A stretch of DNA of 63,570 nucleotides, counting the filler, from Thraustochytrium aureum (taxonomy: Eukaryota), in assembly GCA_012862495.1 (NCBI GenBank). It is 6 parts of 2 records of this genome, joined end to end, with 100 filler letters (N's around TTAATTAATTAA, not from the genome) between each part and the next. Parts side by side here need not be neighbours in the genome. Positions count along the whole stretch, not along the records: positions 42,485 to 50,912 come from BLSG01000154.1; positions 51,013 to 60,927 come from BLSG01000154.1; 4 more parts are not named here. The stretch is one strand, 5' to 3'. This document shows positions 47,390 through 60,261 of this stretch, piece after piece. How positions within the stretch are numbered: position 1 is the first letter of the stretch; each line of letters starts with the position of its first letter. A program made the translations under genes and the position numbers. Under the pieces are notes generated by a model that was given only the letters and a program-made list of their open reading frames with translations, was not told where the DNA came from and ran no database searches.

Positions 47390-48687
47390 CACACAAAAGA
47401 CTCTGGCACAATGCTCGAGCTCTGCCGCCTTCGGTTTGGTTTTGCGACTTGTGCAAGCAAAGCTGATGCAAACGGTCCATGCGCGAGGATTCGCAATTTG
47501 CTTGCTGCGACCCTTGCGCGCAGTGTTCGCGGATAGCTACCGGTGCTCAGGAGGCCTAGCTAGGCTTTCGCCCGAGCGGCACTTTGGCGCCTTATTGGTA
47601 CAACGCGAGTTCCTTCTCGCTCGAGACTGGGCAAGGCTCGCGAGGGAGCGAACAGCATCATGGGCGAGCGCTGTGGGAAACTGAACAGGCTGCCTCGTGC
47701 TTCCTCCTGTTGGCCAGTTTTTTGGCAGAGTGCAAGCGCGCCAGATGCACGAGGGCGACCGAAGCGATTGCGCGAAAGGCAGAGCGGCGGAAACCGGCAA
47801 GTCGGGTTGGCACGCCCACCAACCTCGTCCCTCGTTGCCGAGCAGGCGGACAAGTCTGAGCATTGCTTCGCGGCACTTTGTCCGGCGCAGACCTTGCAGT
47901 AGATAGGAGGATTTCTTTCTTCCTCTGGAATGTCGCACAGTGCAACTGACCCATCTTGTGTCCTACCAGCAGCGTGGTTTTGGGGCTGCTTGGACACTGC
48001 AGGACCTGGAGCAGCAGCACATGGCTCAGCGCAACAACCTGCGCAGAGCTCGGAGGGACTGTCGAGGGCTGGAGGCTGTTGATTTTCGCACACAGCCAGG
48101 TGGACAGACCGATCAAGCAGTCGGGATTGGCATAGGTTCACAGCGCTAGCTAGAGTCGCGCAGATTGGACACGAACCAGGCCTGTGGTTCGCCTGCCCGC
48201 CAACGCATCCGGCCTCAGCATTCGGCTGAAGAACGGGCCCGTTTCGAAAAGCAGCGCTTCTAGCCAGCTCCCGACGCATGCAAGATCGCAGATCGACCGG
48301 GCAAAACGCGATAGCGGCGTACACGGCCCACCCAAACTGTCACCCCACCGGCAACCGAGCAGAGCGCTTTGGGTCGCTTGCTGGGCACCAAGCTCCGAGC
48401 GGAGGCCTTCGAAAGCAGAGCTGAGCAGGACTGCGGGGACTCGAAGGAGGTTCCAAGCAGCTGGCTAGCCGCCTGCCGGACGCGGCGCACCAGACCGGCC
48501 ATTGTTTCCAGCTCGACACCGCGACGTTCAAGGCATCTACCTCCAAGCCGAACAGACCCGACAAAGGCCAGCCAAGCTGGAGCCTGTCCGCCAGCACAGC
48601 TTGGCAAGAACGCTGCGCCAAATTGTGCGCGCCCCTAGACGCCGTCAGCGAGCGTTGCGTGACCACAGCAGGAGGGAGCTCAGAGCG

Positions 48688-50665
48688 ATGGCTGGCACAG
48701 GCTCGGATGCGAGGGCAGAGCTTGAGCCCGTGGCATCGAATGACGGTTCACCGTCCGCACATCCAAGTGCTGAACGGGTCGTGGAGGTCGGCCTTGCAGA
48801 TATTGACTGCGACGGCTCCGGTTTTGGCCTTTGTTGCGCAGCTCCCGACTCGATGACTGATGACGAAGTGGATGTCGACGACGATTCGACGCCACAGGCC
48901 TTCAACGACGAGGGCGGGGAAGCGCCGACGAAAGAGAGCAGCAGGAGTGGCCGGCAGGAGGCGTCAACGGAAGCCCTGCGCGATGCTTTCGAGCGCCAGC
49001 AGCAGTTTGGCGACCGTGACGAGCAGGCATGTGATGGTGAGCTGGTCAGCGAGTGCAAGATTCAGCTGCCCACCGACTTGGACGAGACTGTCAGCGAGGT
49101 TGACAATGCGGAAGATGCTTCATCGCAAAGTGACGATGAGTTCATCGCGGATACTGAACTCTATGGGTTGCTTCCAGCGTGCGATTCGTTCGCGGAGCTT
49201 TCGAGTTGCGCGACCGCTGGACAAGGGGCTGGGCCGTGCATTGACGTTGCACAACCCCAAGCCGTCGCGCTGGACGGCCCGCCCGCCTCCACATTCGCGG
49301 CAGTTGTTGTGCAGCAAGTGGATGTCGAGACAGGGAATTGCCATCTCGGGACAGCTCAACCCCGCGACATCACATCTTCGAGCTGGCAACCCAAGCCAGT
49401 CCATGGCAGGTCCAAGTCCCACATTCCTGGAGATCTGGGCAAGCAAATGCTCAAAGTCGGATGTAACGCAGGCCCGAACCCACGGTGCGCGTCCCTTGCG
49501 ATCAGGCACGATTTGGGCCGAGACGCACCGTTCTTCGTGGCCGAGGCGGCGGCGGGGTCAGCCCGCGTCTGGCTCCAGCGCCACCGACTGGTCGGCCTGG
49601 GGGGGGGGATGCAATGCCGTGTAATGGTGCTGGTGACCAACGCGGCACGAGGCACAGTCCGGGCAGTCTTCCAGCGACGTCGAGTGTGACGGAGCGGCAA
49701 GGTGTCAGCAATCCAAGCGGCAGTGGAAATGGCAAACCTGCGAAAAAGACTCGCGGGAAAATGTTCGGGCGGCTCAACTTTTGGAGCTCGTCGAAGGCGG
49801 TTGCCTCGCCGCCTGCGCCGGTTGTCGATCCACCTTCGGCCTCTGCGCAACAGCTTGCTGGGGCACTTGCGACGAGCGTGAAAGTGGGCGCAGGCCGCGT
49901 CGTCGCGGCCGAGGTGGGCTGTTTCACGCCACGCGTGGTCTGTGAATGCATCCTTTACCTCAAGGCGCATGGACTTGCGACAGTCGGCTTGTTTCGTATC
50001 CCTGGGACGCCACCCGTGTGAGCAAGCTCGCGGCGGCCTTTGAGCAGGGCGAGACGCAGGTGCTAGAGCGGAACGAGTGCAGCGTCCACGATGTGGCCAC
50101 GCTGTTGAAAAAGTCGATCAGGGAGCTCCCCGAGGCTTTGGTGCCCTTCGCCGTCTACAAGAAGTTTCTGCGTGCCGCGCGGCGGTTTGAAAGCGACGGG
50201 CGAGGCACCACGCGCCTCTTCTTGCGGCACAAGCGCGGCGGCAGCAGCGCGTCGTCGACAAGCGGAGGAGAAGAGCCGAGCAGCACGAGCCATGTCCAGG
50301 GCCTTGCAGAGGGGCCGGGCCACGGCTTTGCCCCGCCAGACGAGATCGCGGTGAAGCGCGCCAGAGCCGTCTGCGAAGTCGCCTTGTCGCTTCCGTTGCC
50401 CCAGCGTCAGTGCCTGAGTATGGTTTTGCACCTCTTATACATCGTGAGCGAGCTGTGCGACGAGAACCGGATGACCACCCAGGCGCTCGCTGTGGTGTTT
50501 GCCCCGACGCTCATGAGTGCTCCAGACACGGTCCCCCCGCAGACGGTGCTTCGCGAGATGCCGATTGCAATCGCGGCCACCAAGACGCTCATTGAGAATG
50601 CGGCGGCCCTTCCGCACCCTGACCCTCTGCTGCTTCACAGCCTGACATCAACTTGCATCGCGTGA
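48688..50665 (+). CDS. RhoGAP-domain protein with acidic disordered N-terminus; apparent frameshifts (~49500-49610 and ~50005)
   Basis: PRVVCECILYL...GLFRIPG (arginine finger), HDVATLLKKSIRELPEALVP, NRMTTQALAVVFAPTLM. Confidence 0.85.
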
Positions 50666-50912
50666 CGGACCACAACGCCTGCACCCCCCAGCGCAGGGTC
50701 CCTGGCCAGCACCTGTGTGTCGTCGTGCGGCGGACCAACGCCTGTCGGGTCCCCTGGCCGGGCACCTGCGCGAGCTACGCGTAGCATCGATTGCTTGGTC
50801 AATCAAGACAGGTGCTTGATGGCGGATTGGCTGACGCTCAATCGAGATGTGCTGCTCGCGCGGTTTGGATGGTGGTACAAAGCGTTGGATGTAAAGAATA
50901 CACTGATCAATC

Positions 50913-51012
50913 NNNNNNNNNNNNNNNNNNNNNNNNNNNNNNNNNNNNNNNNNNNNTTAATTAATTAANNNNNNNNNNNNNNNNNNNNNNNNNNNNNNNN
51001 NNNNNNNNNNNN
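50913..51012. other. Artificial scaffold-joining linker
   Basis: N44-TTAATTAATTAA-N44. Confidence 0.97.
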
Positions 51013-51633
51013 ATGGATGGGTGGATGGATGGGTGGAAAAGTGATACGCCAGGGCGCCGGCCGTTGCTCGCTGGCTGGAGGCGGCGGAGAGGGGCTTGGG
51101 TCGGATCGGCACTGTCCTTGTCCTGTCCTGTCCTGTCTTGGCAAGATCGCCTGTGACGTGGAGAATGAAGGGGCGAATGGGATCGGCCATCCGTTGGAGT
51201 CCCATGGCATAAACTCGTCGAGAAAACCAGGTAGGTGGTGGGCTTTCCTCTGGGACGCTGCAGATCGGACACGGATCACCTTCGATTCGGGAGATTTTGT
51301 GGCAGACGGGTTCGATTGCTTGCAACCAACCTTACCTTGACCTTGCCAGTTTGCAACAACCAGTCTCCATCCACCCGGGCCAAGGAGGACGGAGCCCTTG
51401 CCCGGGCGGTTGCCAAGCAAGTTGTCCAACAACACGGAGGCGAACAGCGGCGCTCCGCCAATTTCGATTTCGTCAATGCAATTGCCTCACTGCTTCCTCA
51501 GTTCACGCAGGCTTCACCAGCGTGTCCTTGCCCGAGCTCTAGCTAGCTAGTAGAGTAGAGGCTCGAGCGGCTCGATTGCCCTTGCCCTGCCCCTTCTCGT
51601 CACATCAATGCACCTCTGTCACACATCGACCGA

Positions 51634-52912
51634 TCAGTCGACGACGCAGCGGCCCTGCCCCTGGCGCACCCACAAGCACGCTGGGCGCGTTGCTTGCACA
51701 ACCTGGAGCCCCGTCACGTCCAGCCCACCCACCAGCGATGCGATTGGGCGCACCTTGCGACAGGCAACGTGCCGGCGGTGGCTCGACATGGCGCCGCCGT
51801 TGACTCGCTCGCACGACTCGCTCGCGCTCGGAAGCGGGAGGCAGACTGAGCGCGAGTAGAGCAGCGCGAGGGCCTCCTCCTTGGGCCGGTGCGGCCCAAT
51901 TGTTACGAGGACGTCACACGCGCAGAGATGAAAGCGCCGCGCGCGCGACCGACGGTCCGCCTCGAGGCAAATAATCTTGACGCCGGGCTTGGCGGCCCTC
52001 AGGCGCTCGGCGCTGTCGCAGGCCTCGTCGAGCGCCCGCTTACCAGCGCGAAACCGCTCGCTGTGCGGCTCGCCGTCGGAAAAGAGCACCACGGTCAAGC
52101 TTGCGCCGACACCTGGGCCCGCGGCCAAGCCGTTGAAGAGCGCGGCATAGTTGGTGGCGTGCCCTTGCCCTTGCACCAAGAGCGACTCCTGGACCAGGGT
52201 TCGAGTTGGGTCGCGCACCAGCGGGTCGTCGGAGAGCGTCTTAGCGGCGGCGGACAAAACGGTCCCCGCCTCTGGCCAGCTCGCGGCGACTGGACCGTCT
52301 GCGGACGCAAACAGCGCCCTGGCTCGGACGCCGCTTGCTGCCGCGAGCTGGCTGAGGGTGGAGACGTGCTCGCCGGCCTCGCTGCTCTGAAAGTCAAACG
52401 TCGCGTCAAACGCCGCCACCAGCGTAGCATTGCAGCCGGCGTCGAGCGCTGCGAGCGCGGACACGCCGCCGCCGTTGTCACTGCTGGCGCTGCTGGCCAG
52501 GTCCTGCTGCTCGTCACCTTTTACGCGTAAAATCGCCGAACCTGTCCTTGCCGGCGTCCGGGGCCTCGACATCGCTGTCCTCGCTCAAGAGGGCATTGTC
52601 CTCAGCTTCTGCATCGATCGTGTTGATAGCAAACTCCTCTATCCGGCCCTGGCGCGTTGGCTCTACGGCCGGGCGACGCGTCGGGTAAGCAAAGCGGATC
52701 GCCTGCTCGGAAACCTGCTGGCGAGAGGCCCCGGCAGAGCTATGCTCGCTCGGTTTCGCGGAGAGGCCTATGTACCAGGTCATGGCAAACGCGACGCCGA
52801 GCGTCCACGCAAGTAGGGCGAGCAGGAGGCACCACGCCGGGCGCGGCACAGCGCGCCCGCGCGTCGGCTCGCGCGCAGGCTTTTCTGGCAGCGAGCAGCA
52901 TCCCAGGGGCAT
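51634..52912 (-). CDS. Type II membrane protein with vWA-like domain (frameshift near TTTT 52519-52522)
   Basis: TM WCLLLALLAWTLGVAFAMTWYIGL. GHATNYAALF...LTVVLFSDGEP...GVKIICL resembles the vWA T and DG MIDAS-associated segments; no canonical DxSxS seen. Confidence 0.45.
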
Positions 52913-53659
52913 CTTCAGCACGCGCTCAGATCTGGCGTCCAGCCNNNNNNNNNNNNNNNNNNNNNNNNNNNNNNNNNNNNNNNNNNNNNNNNNNNNNNNN
53001 NNNNNNNNNNNNNNNNNNNNNNNNNNNNNNNNNNNNNNNNNNNNNNNNNNNNNNNNNNNNNNNNNNNNNNNNNNNNNNNNNNNNNNNNNNNNNNNNNNNN
53101 NNNNNNNNNNNNNNNNNNNNNNNNNNNNNNNNNNNNNNNNNNNNNNNNNNNNNNNNNNNNNNNNNNNNNNNNNNNNNNNNNNNNNNNNNNNNNNNNNNNN
53201 NNNNNNNNNNNNNNNNNNNNNNNNNNNNNNNNNNNNNNNNNNNNNNNNNNNNNNNNNNNNNNNNNNNNNNNNNNNNNNNNNNNNNNNNNNNNNNNNNNNN
53301 NNNNNNNNNNNNNNNNNNNNNNNNNNNNNNNNNNNNNNNNNNNNNNNNNNNNNNNNNNNNNNNNNNNNNNNNNNNNNNNNNNNNNNNNNNNNNNNNNNNN
53401 NNNNNNNNNNNNNNNNNNNNNNNNNNNNNNNNNNNNNNNNNNNNNNNCTACTCGCCACTGGTGAATCGAAGGAAAAAGAGACGATCCACCCTCACGAACA
53501 GAAGAGCAGCTTCCGTGCAGAGATCATTCGCCCGTTCTCTCCGTCCGTCCTATTGTTCGCAGAACAGAGTCCGCAGGGTGCGCGCTAGTTCTCATGAACG
53601 CAGATTCGTTCGTGTTGTTCCGTTTTGTTCGGTGTGCTGGCCAAGGAGCGCTGAAGGAG

Positions 53660-53716
53660 GCAGGCAGGCAGGCAGGCACGCAAGGCAGGCAGGCAGCCAG
53701 GCAGGCAGCCAGGCAG
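53660..53716. repeat. (GGCA)n-type microsatellite upstream of FYVE-EHD
   Basis: Visible directly, imperfect. Confidence 0.8.
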
Positions 53717-53864
53717 AGGCGCGAAGGCGGAGGCGCGAAGGCAGAGGCGCGAAGGCTGGAGGGCAGAGTGGGCAGGGCAGGGCGTGAGCGCATAGTGGCA
53801 GACGTGGAGGGCGGTGGTGGCGGGCGGTGCGGAACGTTCTGTCCCATCCGATCGGTACCCGGCC

Positions 53865-55904
53865 ATGTCGAGCTCGCGCGCGGCCGGGCCGGACCAGAGC
53901 CACTGGGTCAAGGATGAGTTTGTGCTCAAGTGCACCTCGTGCATGATGCTGTTCTCCATGTCGGTCAGGAAGCACCACTGCCGGAGGTGCGGCGAGATCT
54001 TCTGCGCGCAGTGCACGACCAAGTCGGTGCCCCTGCCCGAACTCGGCTATGGCAAGGCCGCTCAGCGGGTGTGCGAGTCGTGCTATAGCGCAGAGTGTCT
54101 TCGGGCACAGACAGGCGACGACGAGAACGAAGGAGAGGAGGAGCTCTCGGAGGAGCTCAAGATCGAGCAAACCACGATCGAGTCGCTGAAACGACTCTAC
54201 AAGGCCGGCATCAAGCCGCTCGAGGTCCAGTTTAATTTTGGCGAGTTCTACTCGCCCATCCTCAGCGACGCCGACTTTGACGCCAAGCCAATGGTTCTGT
54301 AAGTTGGGCAAGCCGCCCCCAAGACGGCCCTCGCTCGCGTGCGCGCCCCTGCTGACGCCCCTCCTTCGCGACGACCCCTCGCGCAGCCTGCTTGGGCAGT
54401 ACAGCGTCGGCAAATCGACGTTTATCAGGTTCCTGTGCGGGCGCGACTTTCCAGGGCTCCGCATTGGGCCGGAGCCGACAACCGACAGGTTTACAATCGT
54501 GTGCGGCACGAACGACCCCCAAGGCGGCGACTCGGCCATCCCAGGCAACGCGCTGGCAGTGCAAGCCGACAAACCATTCCGCAGCCTCCAACGGTTCGGC
54601 GCAGCCTTCCTGGACCACCTCGAGTGCGCGCAGACCAGCACGCGCACGCACAACGGTGCCGCATCCATATTGCGGAGCATCACCTTTGTGGACACGCCAG
54701 GCGTTTTGTCGGGGGAAAAGCAGCGCATCGGGCGCTCGTACGACTTTACCGGCGTGATAGAGTGGTTCGCCGGCCGCTGCGATCGCATCCTACTCCTGTT
54801 CGATGCGCACAAGCTCGACATCTCGGACGAGTTTCAGGCCGCGATCTCGGCGCTTCGCGGCCAGGACGACAAGATTCGCATTGTGCTCAACAAAGCCGAC
54901 AGTGTGGACAGCCAGCAGCTTTTGCGCGTCCACGGCGCGCTCATGTGGTCGCTCGGCAAAGTGATCCGCACGCCCGAGGTGTGCCGCGTCTACGTCGGCT
55001 CGTTCTGGGACGAGCCGCTCAAGAACGTCGCGTTCAGGGACCTCTTTGAGCGCGAGAGCAACGACCTGATCAACGACCTCAAGTCGCTGCCGACCTCGGC
55101 CGTGACGCGCAAGCTCAACGAGGTCGTCAAGCGCGCGCGCGCGGCCAAGACGCACGCGCTCATCATTGAACACCTCCGCACCAAGCTGCCCTACTTTGGC
55201 CGCGAGAAGGCGCTGGCGCAGATGCTAGACAACCTCGAGGACGAGTACCAAGAGATCCACCGCAAGCACAACGTGCCCTTGGGCGACTTTCCCAGGCCCG
55301 ATACCTTTCGCCGCGCGCTCAAAGACAAGGCCAACAACGACCTGACCCAGTTCCCTGCCCTCAACCAGCGCATGATTGTCGAGCTCAACGAAATCCTCGC
55401 AAGCTACCTGCCGCGCCTGCACGGCGCCCACGCGAGCATGGTGAACAAGGCCAAGAATCGCGCACAGAAGAAGGCGCAGGAGAACCCCTTTTCCACGGGC
55501 CAGACATGGGCCGTCTCTCCAGAAGAGTTTGCAGAGTACCAGGTGGAGTTTGAGAGCCTCGGTCCTGAGAACGGCAAGGTCACCGGGCCGGAGCTCGTCA
55601 AGACGCTCGCGGAGTCTGGCATCCCCCGCTCCCAGCTTCGCTTGATTTGGGAGCTGGCGGACACCCAGTCCTCCGGCGCCTTGAACGTCGCCGAGTTCGC
55701 GGTGGCGCGCCACCTCATTCGCAAGGTTGTCACCGACCCCAACTACATCCTGCCAACGATCCTCCCACCGGTACGTTGCCAGGCCTCTCCTTTTGCTTTG
55801 GACTGCGCCGCTAACACCGCCTTGAACCCTCGCTTTGCGCGCCGCTTTAGGACCTCGGCCCGCCGGCCCAGGCGCTCCACGGAGACGTCAAGGCCGCAAA
55901 CTAG
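53865..55904 (+). CDS. EHD/RME-1 dynamin-like ATPase with N-terminal FYVE domain and C-terminal EH domain (exons 53865-54298, 54387-55770, 55851-55904)
   Basis: FYVE: WVKD...CTSC...RKHHCRRCGEIFCAQC...RVCESC. EHD: PMVL|LLGQYSVGKST, IGPEPTTDRF, DTPGVLSGEKQ, LFDAHKLDISDEF, NKAD. EH: LRLIWELADTQSSGALNVAEFAVA. Both introns are GT-AG with branch sites. Confidence 0.93.
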
Positions 55905-56627
55905 GTCAGAAAAGAGTCCACTTGGCTTGGGGTCTGCGCCGCAATTTCATCCAAAACCCCCAGGCACCTCGGCCGCCGCCCCGCGCCGCTGCGCAGCAGC
56001 TTTCAACCCATCATAGAGCCTCCGCTTCGACTGCCTGCTGGGCGAGGGGCAGTCGCGACGCNNNNNNNNNNNNNNNNNNNNNNNNNNNNNNNNNNNNNNN
56101 NNNNNNNNNNNNNNNNNNNNNNNNNNNNNNNNNNNNNNNNNNNNNNNNNNNNNNNNNNNNNNNNNNNNNNNNNNNNNNNNNNNNNNNNNNNNNNNNNNNN
56201 NNNNNNNNNNNNNNNNNNNNNNNNNNNNNNNNNNNNNNNNNNNNNNNNNNNNNNNNNNNNNNNNNNNNNNNNNNNNNNNNNNNNNNNNNNNNNNNNNNNN
56301 NNNNNNNNNNNGTGCGCGCTCGCTTGATTCTCCTCGGCGCTCCAGAGCCCGCCAGCTCGCCGATATGCCGCGCCCGCATTCATCTGGAGTGTCTCCATCC
56401 AGTCCGAGAGGAAAGAACAGAATCTCCGAGTCCGCATGCTTGTGCATCTTGCGCACTGGTCTTTGGGCATCATTGACGGATTGCTTCCGCGCGCCCTTCG
56501 CCGCTCAGCCCTGCGCACCCTGGTCCCTCGCGCCTGCAGGATCACGCGGCAAGGCGCGCTTGGGCGCTCGCCCCCCGAGCACCGGCATTCGGCTGGGACC
56601 GAGGCGCAGTGACGGGAAGGAGTGAGG

Positions 56628-57461
56628 ATGGGGACCGTGGTGAAAGCGGCTGCCGCGCTGGCCGCGCTGGGCGCGGGCGCTGCGCTGCTCCATTCGCAGG
56701 TCCCGCTCGGCGAGCTGGTCGAGATGGGCAAGGCGCAGATGGACCACCTGGACGAGATTCTGCTGGAAGCAGGGGTTTGGGGCCCCGTGTACGTGTTCGG
56801 TATCTACTTGGTGACCACTGTGTTCATGCTCCCGCTCTGGGGCTTTCACATGGTCTGCGGATACGTGTACGGGACGTTCTGGTCTGCTCTACTCATCTCG
56901 ACGACGCAGGCGATCTGCGCCGGCGCCGCCTTCAGCACCTCGCGGTACGTGGTTGGCCCCTACATTCGCGACATGCTCGTCAAGCGGTACGGAAAAAAGT
57001 TTGACGCCATCGACAAGGCGGTCAGCAACGAGGGCCTCAAGATCACCCTGCTGTTGCGCCTCAGCCCCATAGTCCCCTTTGGCATCAACAACTACCTCTG
57101 TGGCATCACCAACATGACGCTCTGGGAGTTTGTGCTCGGGACGTGGCTTGGGGTCTTGCCTGGCACAACGGCGTACTGCAACGTTGGCTCCATGGGCAAG
57201 ACGGCGCTGGACAAGGGCACGACCCCTCTGCAAAAGTTTGTCATGGCGCTCGGCTTTGTCGCCGCCCTCGCGGTGATCAAACTCCTCTCTGACCTGGCCA
57301 CCAACGCACTTAAGGAGGCGGGCATCGGCGAGGAAGAGGGGCGGAGCCGGCCCCGGCCGCTGGGCCAGGCGAAGCGAAGGCCAAGGTCTCTTCTAGCAAG
57401 AAGGTCGAGTAGATCTACCGTTGCGCGTGACGCAAGACGAGCGAAAACCAACTCCACTTAA
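56628..57461 (+). CDS. VTT / SNARE-associated Golgi protein (TVP38/TMEM64 family)
   Basis: GYVYGTFW, FSTSRY, LLRLSPIVPFGINNYLCGIT, GTWLGVLPGT. The 3' end may be frameshifted near 57340, giving an alternative stop at 57411. Confidence 0.88.
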   Translation: MGTVVKAAAALAALGAGAALLHSQVPLGELVEMGKAQMDHLDEILLEAGVWGPVYVFGIYLVTTVFMLPLWGFHMVCGYVYGTFWSALLISTTQAICAGAAFSTSRYVVGPYIRDMLVKRYGKKFDAIDKAVSNEGLKITLLLRLSPIVPFGINNYLCGITNMTLWEFVLGTWLGVLPGTTAYCNVGSMGKTALDKGTTPLQKFVMALGFVAALAVIKLLSDLATNALKEAGIGEEEGRSRPRPLGQAKRRPRSLLARRSSRSTVARDARRAKTNST

Positions 57462-57572
57462 ACTCATGAATAGAGGCGTAAAGCAGTTGCCCGAACGGGC
57501 CGGCTTCTTCGCCTAGTTCCGGCGGAAGGGCCATGGCCTCCCACTCTGCGGCGCAAAGTCCGGCCGCGAGTA

Positions 57573-60151
57573 TTAGCTAGGGGCCGCGAAGCTCGCAGCC
57601 AACTTGTCCCCGCATGCTTCGGTCGCCCTCTGCACGATTCGCTGCGGCACGGGATTCCCCTGCAAGGCAAGGACAAATAGAGAACAAGGCCCTCTGGCCG
57701 CAGCACCTTCGAGCGCAAGAGCGCCAAGCGCGGTGACAAAGTTGCTCTGCAAATACAACTTTCGAAGACTGCTGATGTCTGCTGGGGCGTGCTCCAGACC
57801 CCTGGCCAGCGCCCGTGCCCCGGTGTCGCCAAAAGCGTTGCATGAGAGGTTGAGCTCGTGGAGCGCTGGAACAAGCGGCGCGAGCCAGGCCACACCCCGG
57901 TCCCGAATCCTGTTGCCCTCCAGGGAGAGCGATCTGAGGTGCCTGTTGCCCTGGAACGCCAGCGACAAGGCCTGGCATGCCACGTCCCCAAGCCCAGCGT
58001 GGCGCAGGTTGACGGTCACCAATTGGCATGATTGCAGCCACTGGCCCTGAAGCGCGCGCGCCCATGCAAGGTCATCGAGGCGGCCCGCTCGACCTGCGTG
58101 CAAGGTTCGCAGGCGCGGGGCTCGGCCTTTGGCAATCTGGTCAAAGAGGGCCGAGATGCCCGGCTCGTCCACGCCTTCGCCTTCGACGCCGAGCTGCGCT
58201 AGCTCTGTTGCTTGGTCAAGGCCAGCCGCCACGGACGAGAGAGTCAGCCTTGAACTAGACCGACAGAGAAGCAGACATTCCACGTTTCGCAGCCCCAAAG
58301 CGAGTATCGCACGGCCAGCGGAGTCGCGGCTGGCCTCTGCGTTTGCACAAGCTGCGCTCGCAGGAGCAGGCACGCCAAGGATTGCCAGAACAACGTCGCC
58401 AAAGTAGGTGGCCCCGCCCGACATTTGCACCGCTGCAGCAAGCTCCTGGAGCCTCTGCGCGGCGGGCCCAGCACTGGCACAAACGGAAGCAGGCTGCGCG
58501 CTATGGAGCGTGGAGATGCGCCACTCTACCGAAGCCCAATCTGGGCCGCGTGGGGTTCCGCGGCAGAGGAAACCCTGCTGCCTGAGCTCCGCAACGCCTT
58601 CCCGGACGAGGGCCCCGCGGAAAATGCGCTGGATCAGAATGGCGTGCCGCTCGCGAATCCGCCGCGCAATCGTTCGACCAATCATTCCGCGCGCAACCCG
58701 CTGCAGCGTGCGGGCCGCAGCGTCTCTGCGTCGAAGTTGCCCAACGCGGATTCTTGCAACGTGCCCGCGGCCGACACGCGTTAAGACTCGTGCAGCTCGG
58801 ACGACGCGGCGAATCTCGTGCATTTGATCGCGAAACCGGACACGCACGATCATACCGCGATATGCGCCTTGTATCTGGGCGGCAGCGCGATTTTGGGCGG
58901 CCAGAAACCGAATACAATTCACGCGCTTCGTTGCGGCGCGCCGTCTGACCAGCGCCTGGATGGGAACGACCGCGCGGCTCAACTCGACGCCGCGCAGCAT
59001 CCCAGCGTGGACAGCCTCCTCGGCTGCCTGGCGAGCCACCAAGCTTGCAATCAGACGCTGTCGCTGTCGGGCATCGGCCAGGGTCCTGAAGCGCCGTCGA
59101 GCCAGGAAGGCCCGCACGCGTCCTTGCACGCCAGCGATCGCTCGACGTTCGTCCTCAAAATAAGCCCNNNNNNNNNNNNNNNNNNNNNNNNNNNNNNNNN
59201 NNNNNNNNNNNNNNNNNNNNNNNNNNNNNNNNNNNNNNNNNNNNNNNNNNNNNNNNNNNNNNNNNNNNNNNNNNNNNCTCGACGTTCGTCCTCAAAATAA
59301 GCCCCCCAATCGACCGGATCCCAGCCTTGGAGCGCGCCGCGGACGGCAAGGTTGAAAGGGTCGATTTCGAAGGCCGTGCCCGCGCTGCGAAGCGCGGCCT
59401 CGTCGTCGCCAACGAGCCGATAGTTTTCTCCTAGCGCTAGCCACAGCTCGGGGTCGAGCTGGCCTTGGTCCGTGCACAAGCCTCGCACAAGTGACTTTGA
59501 AACAAGAGTCGGTGCGAGGAGGCTGGCGCACTTTCGGGCGAGCGCTCTCCACGGTGACGGGCTCGCGACCCAGGCCTGGGCGGAACCGACAAAGTCGTCC
59601 TTGTCGCGTTTGTCAAACGCGTCGCGATAGGCGTGCTTGAGGTACTTGCGAAATTTGTTCTTCTTTGGCCGCGCGTTCTTGCCCCGGTGGCTTTCGCTCC
59701 GTGTCTCGTCCGCCGCCGCCGTTGTTGCCGCCGAGCTCTCGGTGAGGACGAGGTCCAGGAGCAAGAGCACGTCAGACTCGCCGAGCGGGGCAGGGGGCGC
59801 CTCGATCAGCCCCAGCAGTTTCTCCACGGCAAGACCGAACCGTCCGAGCGCCACGAGCGCATCGGCGTGCGCGAGTCCGACCAGGTCCTGCCTCCTCGAT
59901 GTCGGAAACGCGTGCGCAGCCTGGCTGCAATACTCGGCCGCCACATCACTCAGCCCCATCAAACTGGACACTCTGGCCATCCCCACGAGCAGCTCGACCG
60001 ACTCGCCCTTCTCGACAGCCTCAAGCAGGCCGTCCCGGACACGCTCAATCCGCGGGCCATCGTCACGGGCAGGCCCAACCGCGTACGCGACATACCTCTC
60101 CAAGGCCGCCAACGCCGGCTGCCGTCGGGGACGTTTTCGAGCGGCGCCCAT
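57573..60151 (-). CDS. TPR-like + IQ-repeat + RNI-like LRR protein (spans a false gap at 59168-59277)
   Basis: Helical TPR-like N-terminus (PELWLALGENYRLVGDDEAALRSAGTAFEIDP). IQ motifs (IQALVRRRAAT, IQGAYRGMIVR, LQRVARGMIGR, IQRIFRGALVR). LRRs LRSLSLEGNRIRD, LHELNLSCNAFGD, LRKLYLQSNFVT. Confidence 0.75.
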
Positions 60152-60213
60152 CTCGAGGCCAGCCAGCCAGCCCGAGCGCGCGCAGCCACGAGCGCGCGCA
60201 GCTCAATCGGCGT

Positions 60214-60261
60214 CTGCCTGCCTGCCTGCCTGCCTGTCTGCCTGCCTGCCTGTGTGCCTGC
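60214..60261. repeat. (CCTG)n microsatellite upstream of the TPR-IQ-LRR gene
   Basis: Visible directly. Confidence 0.85.
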
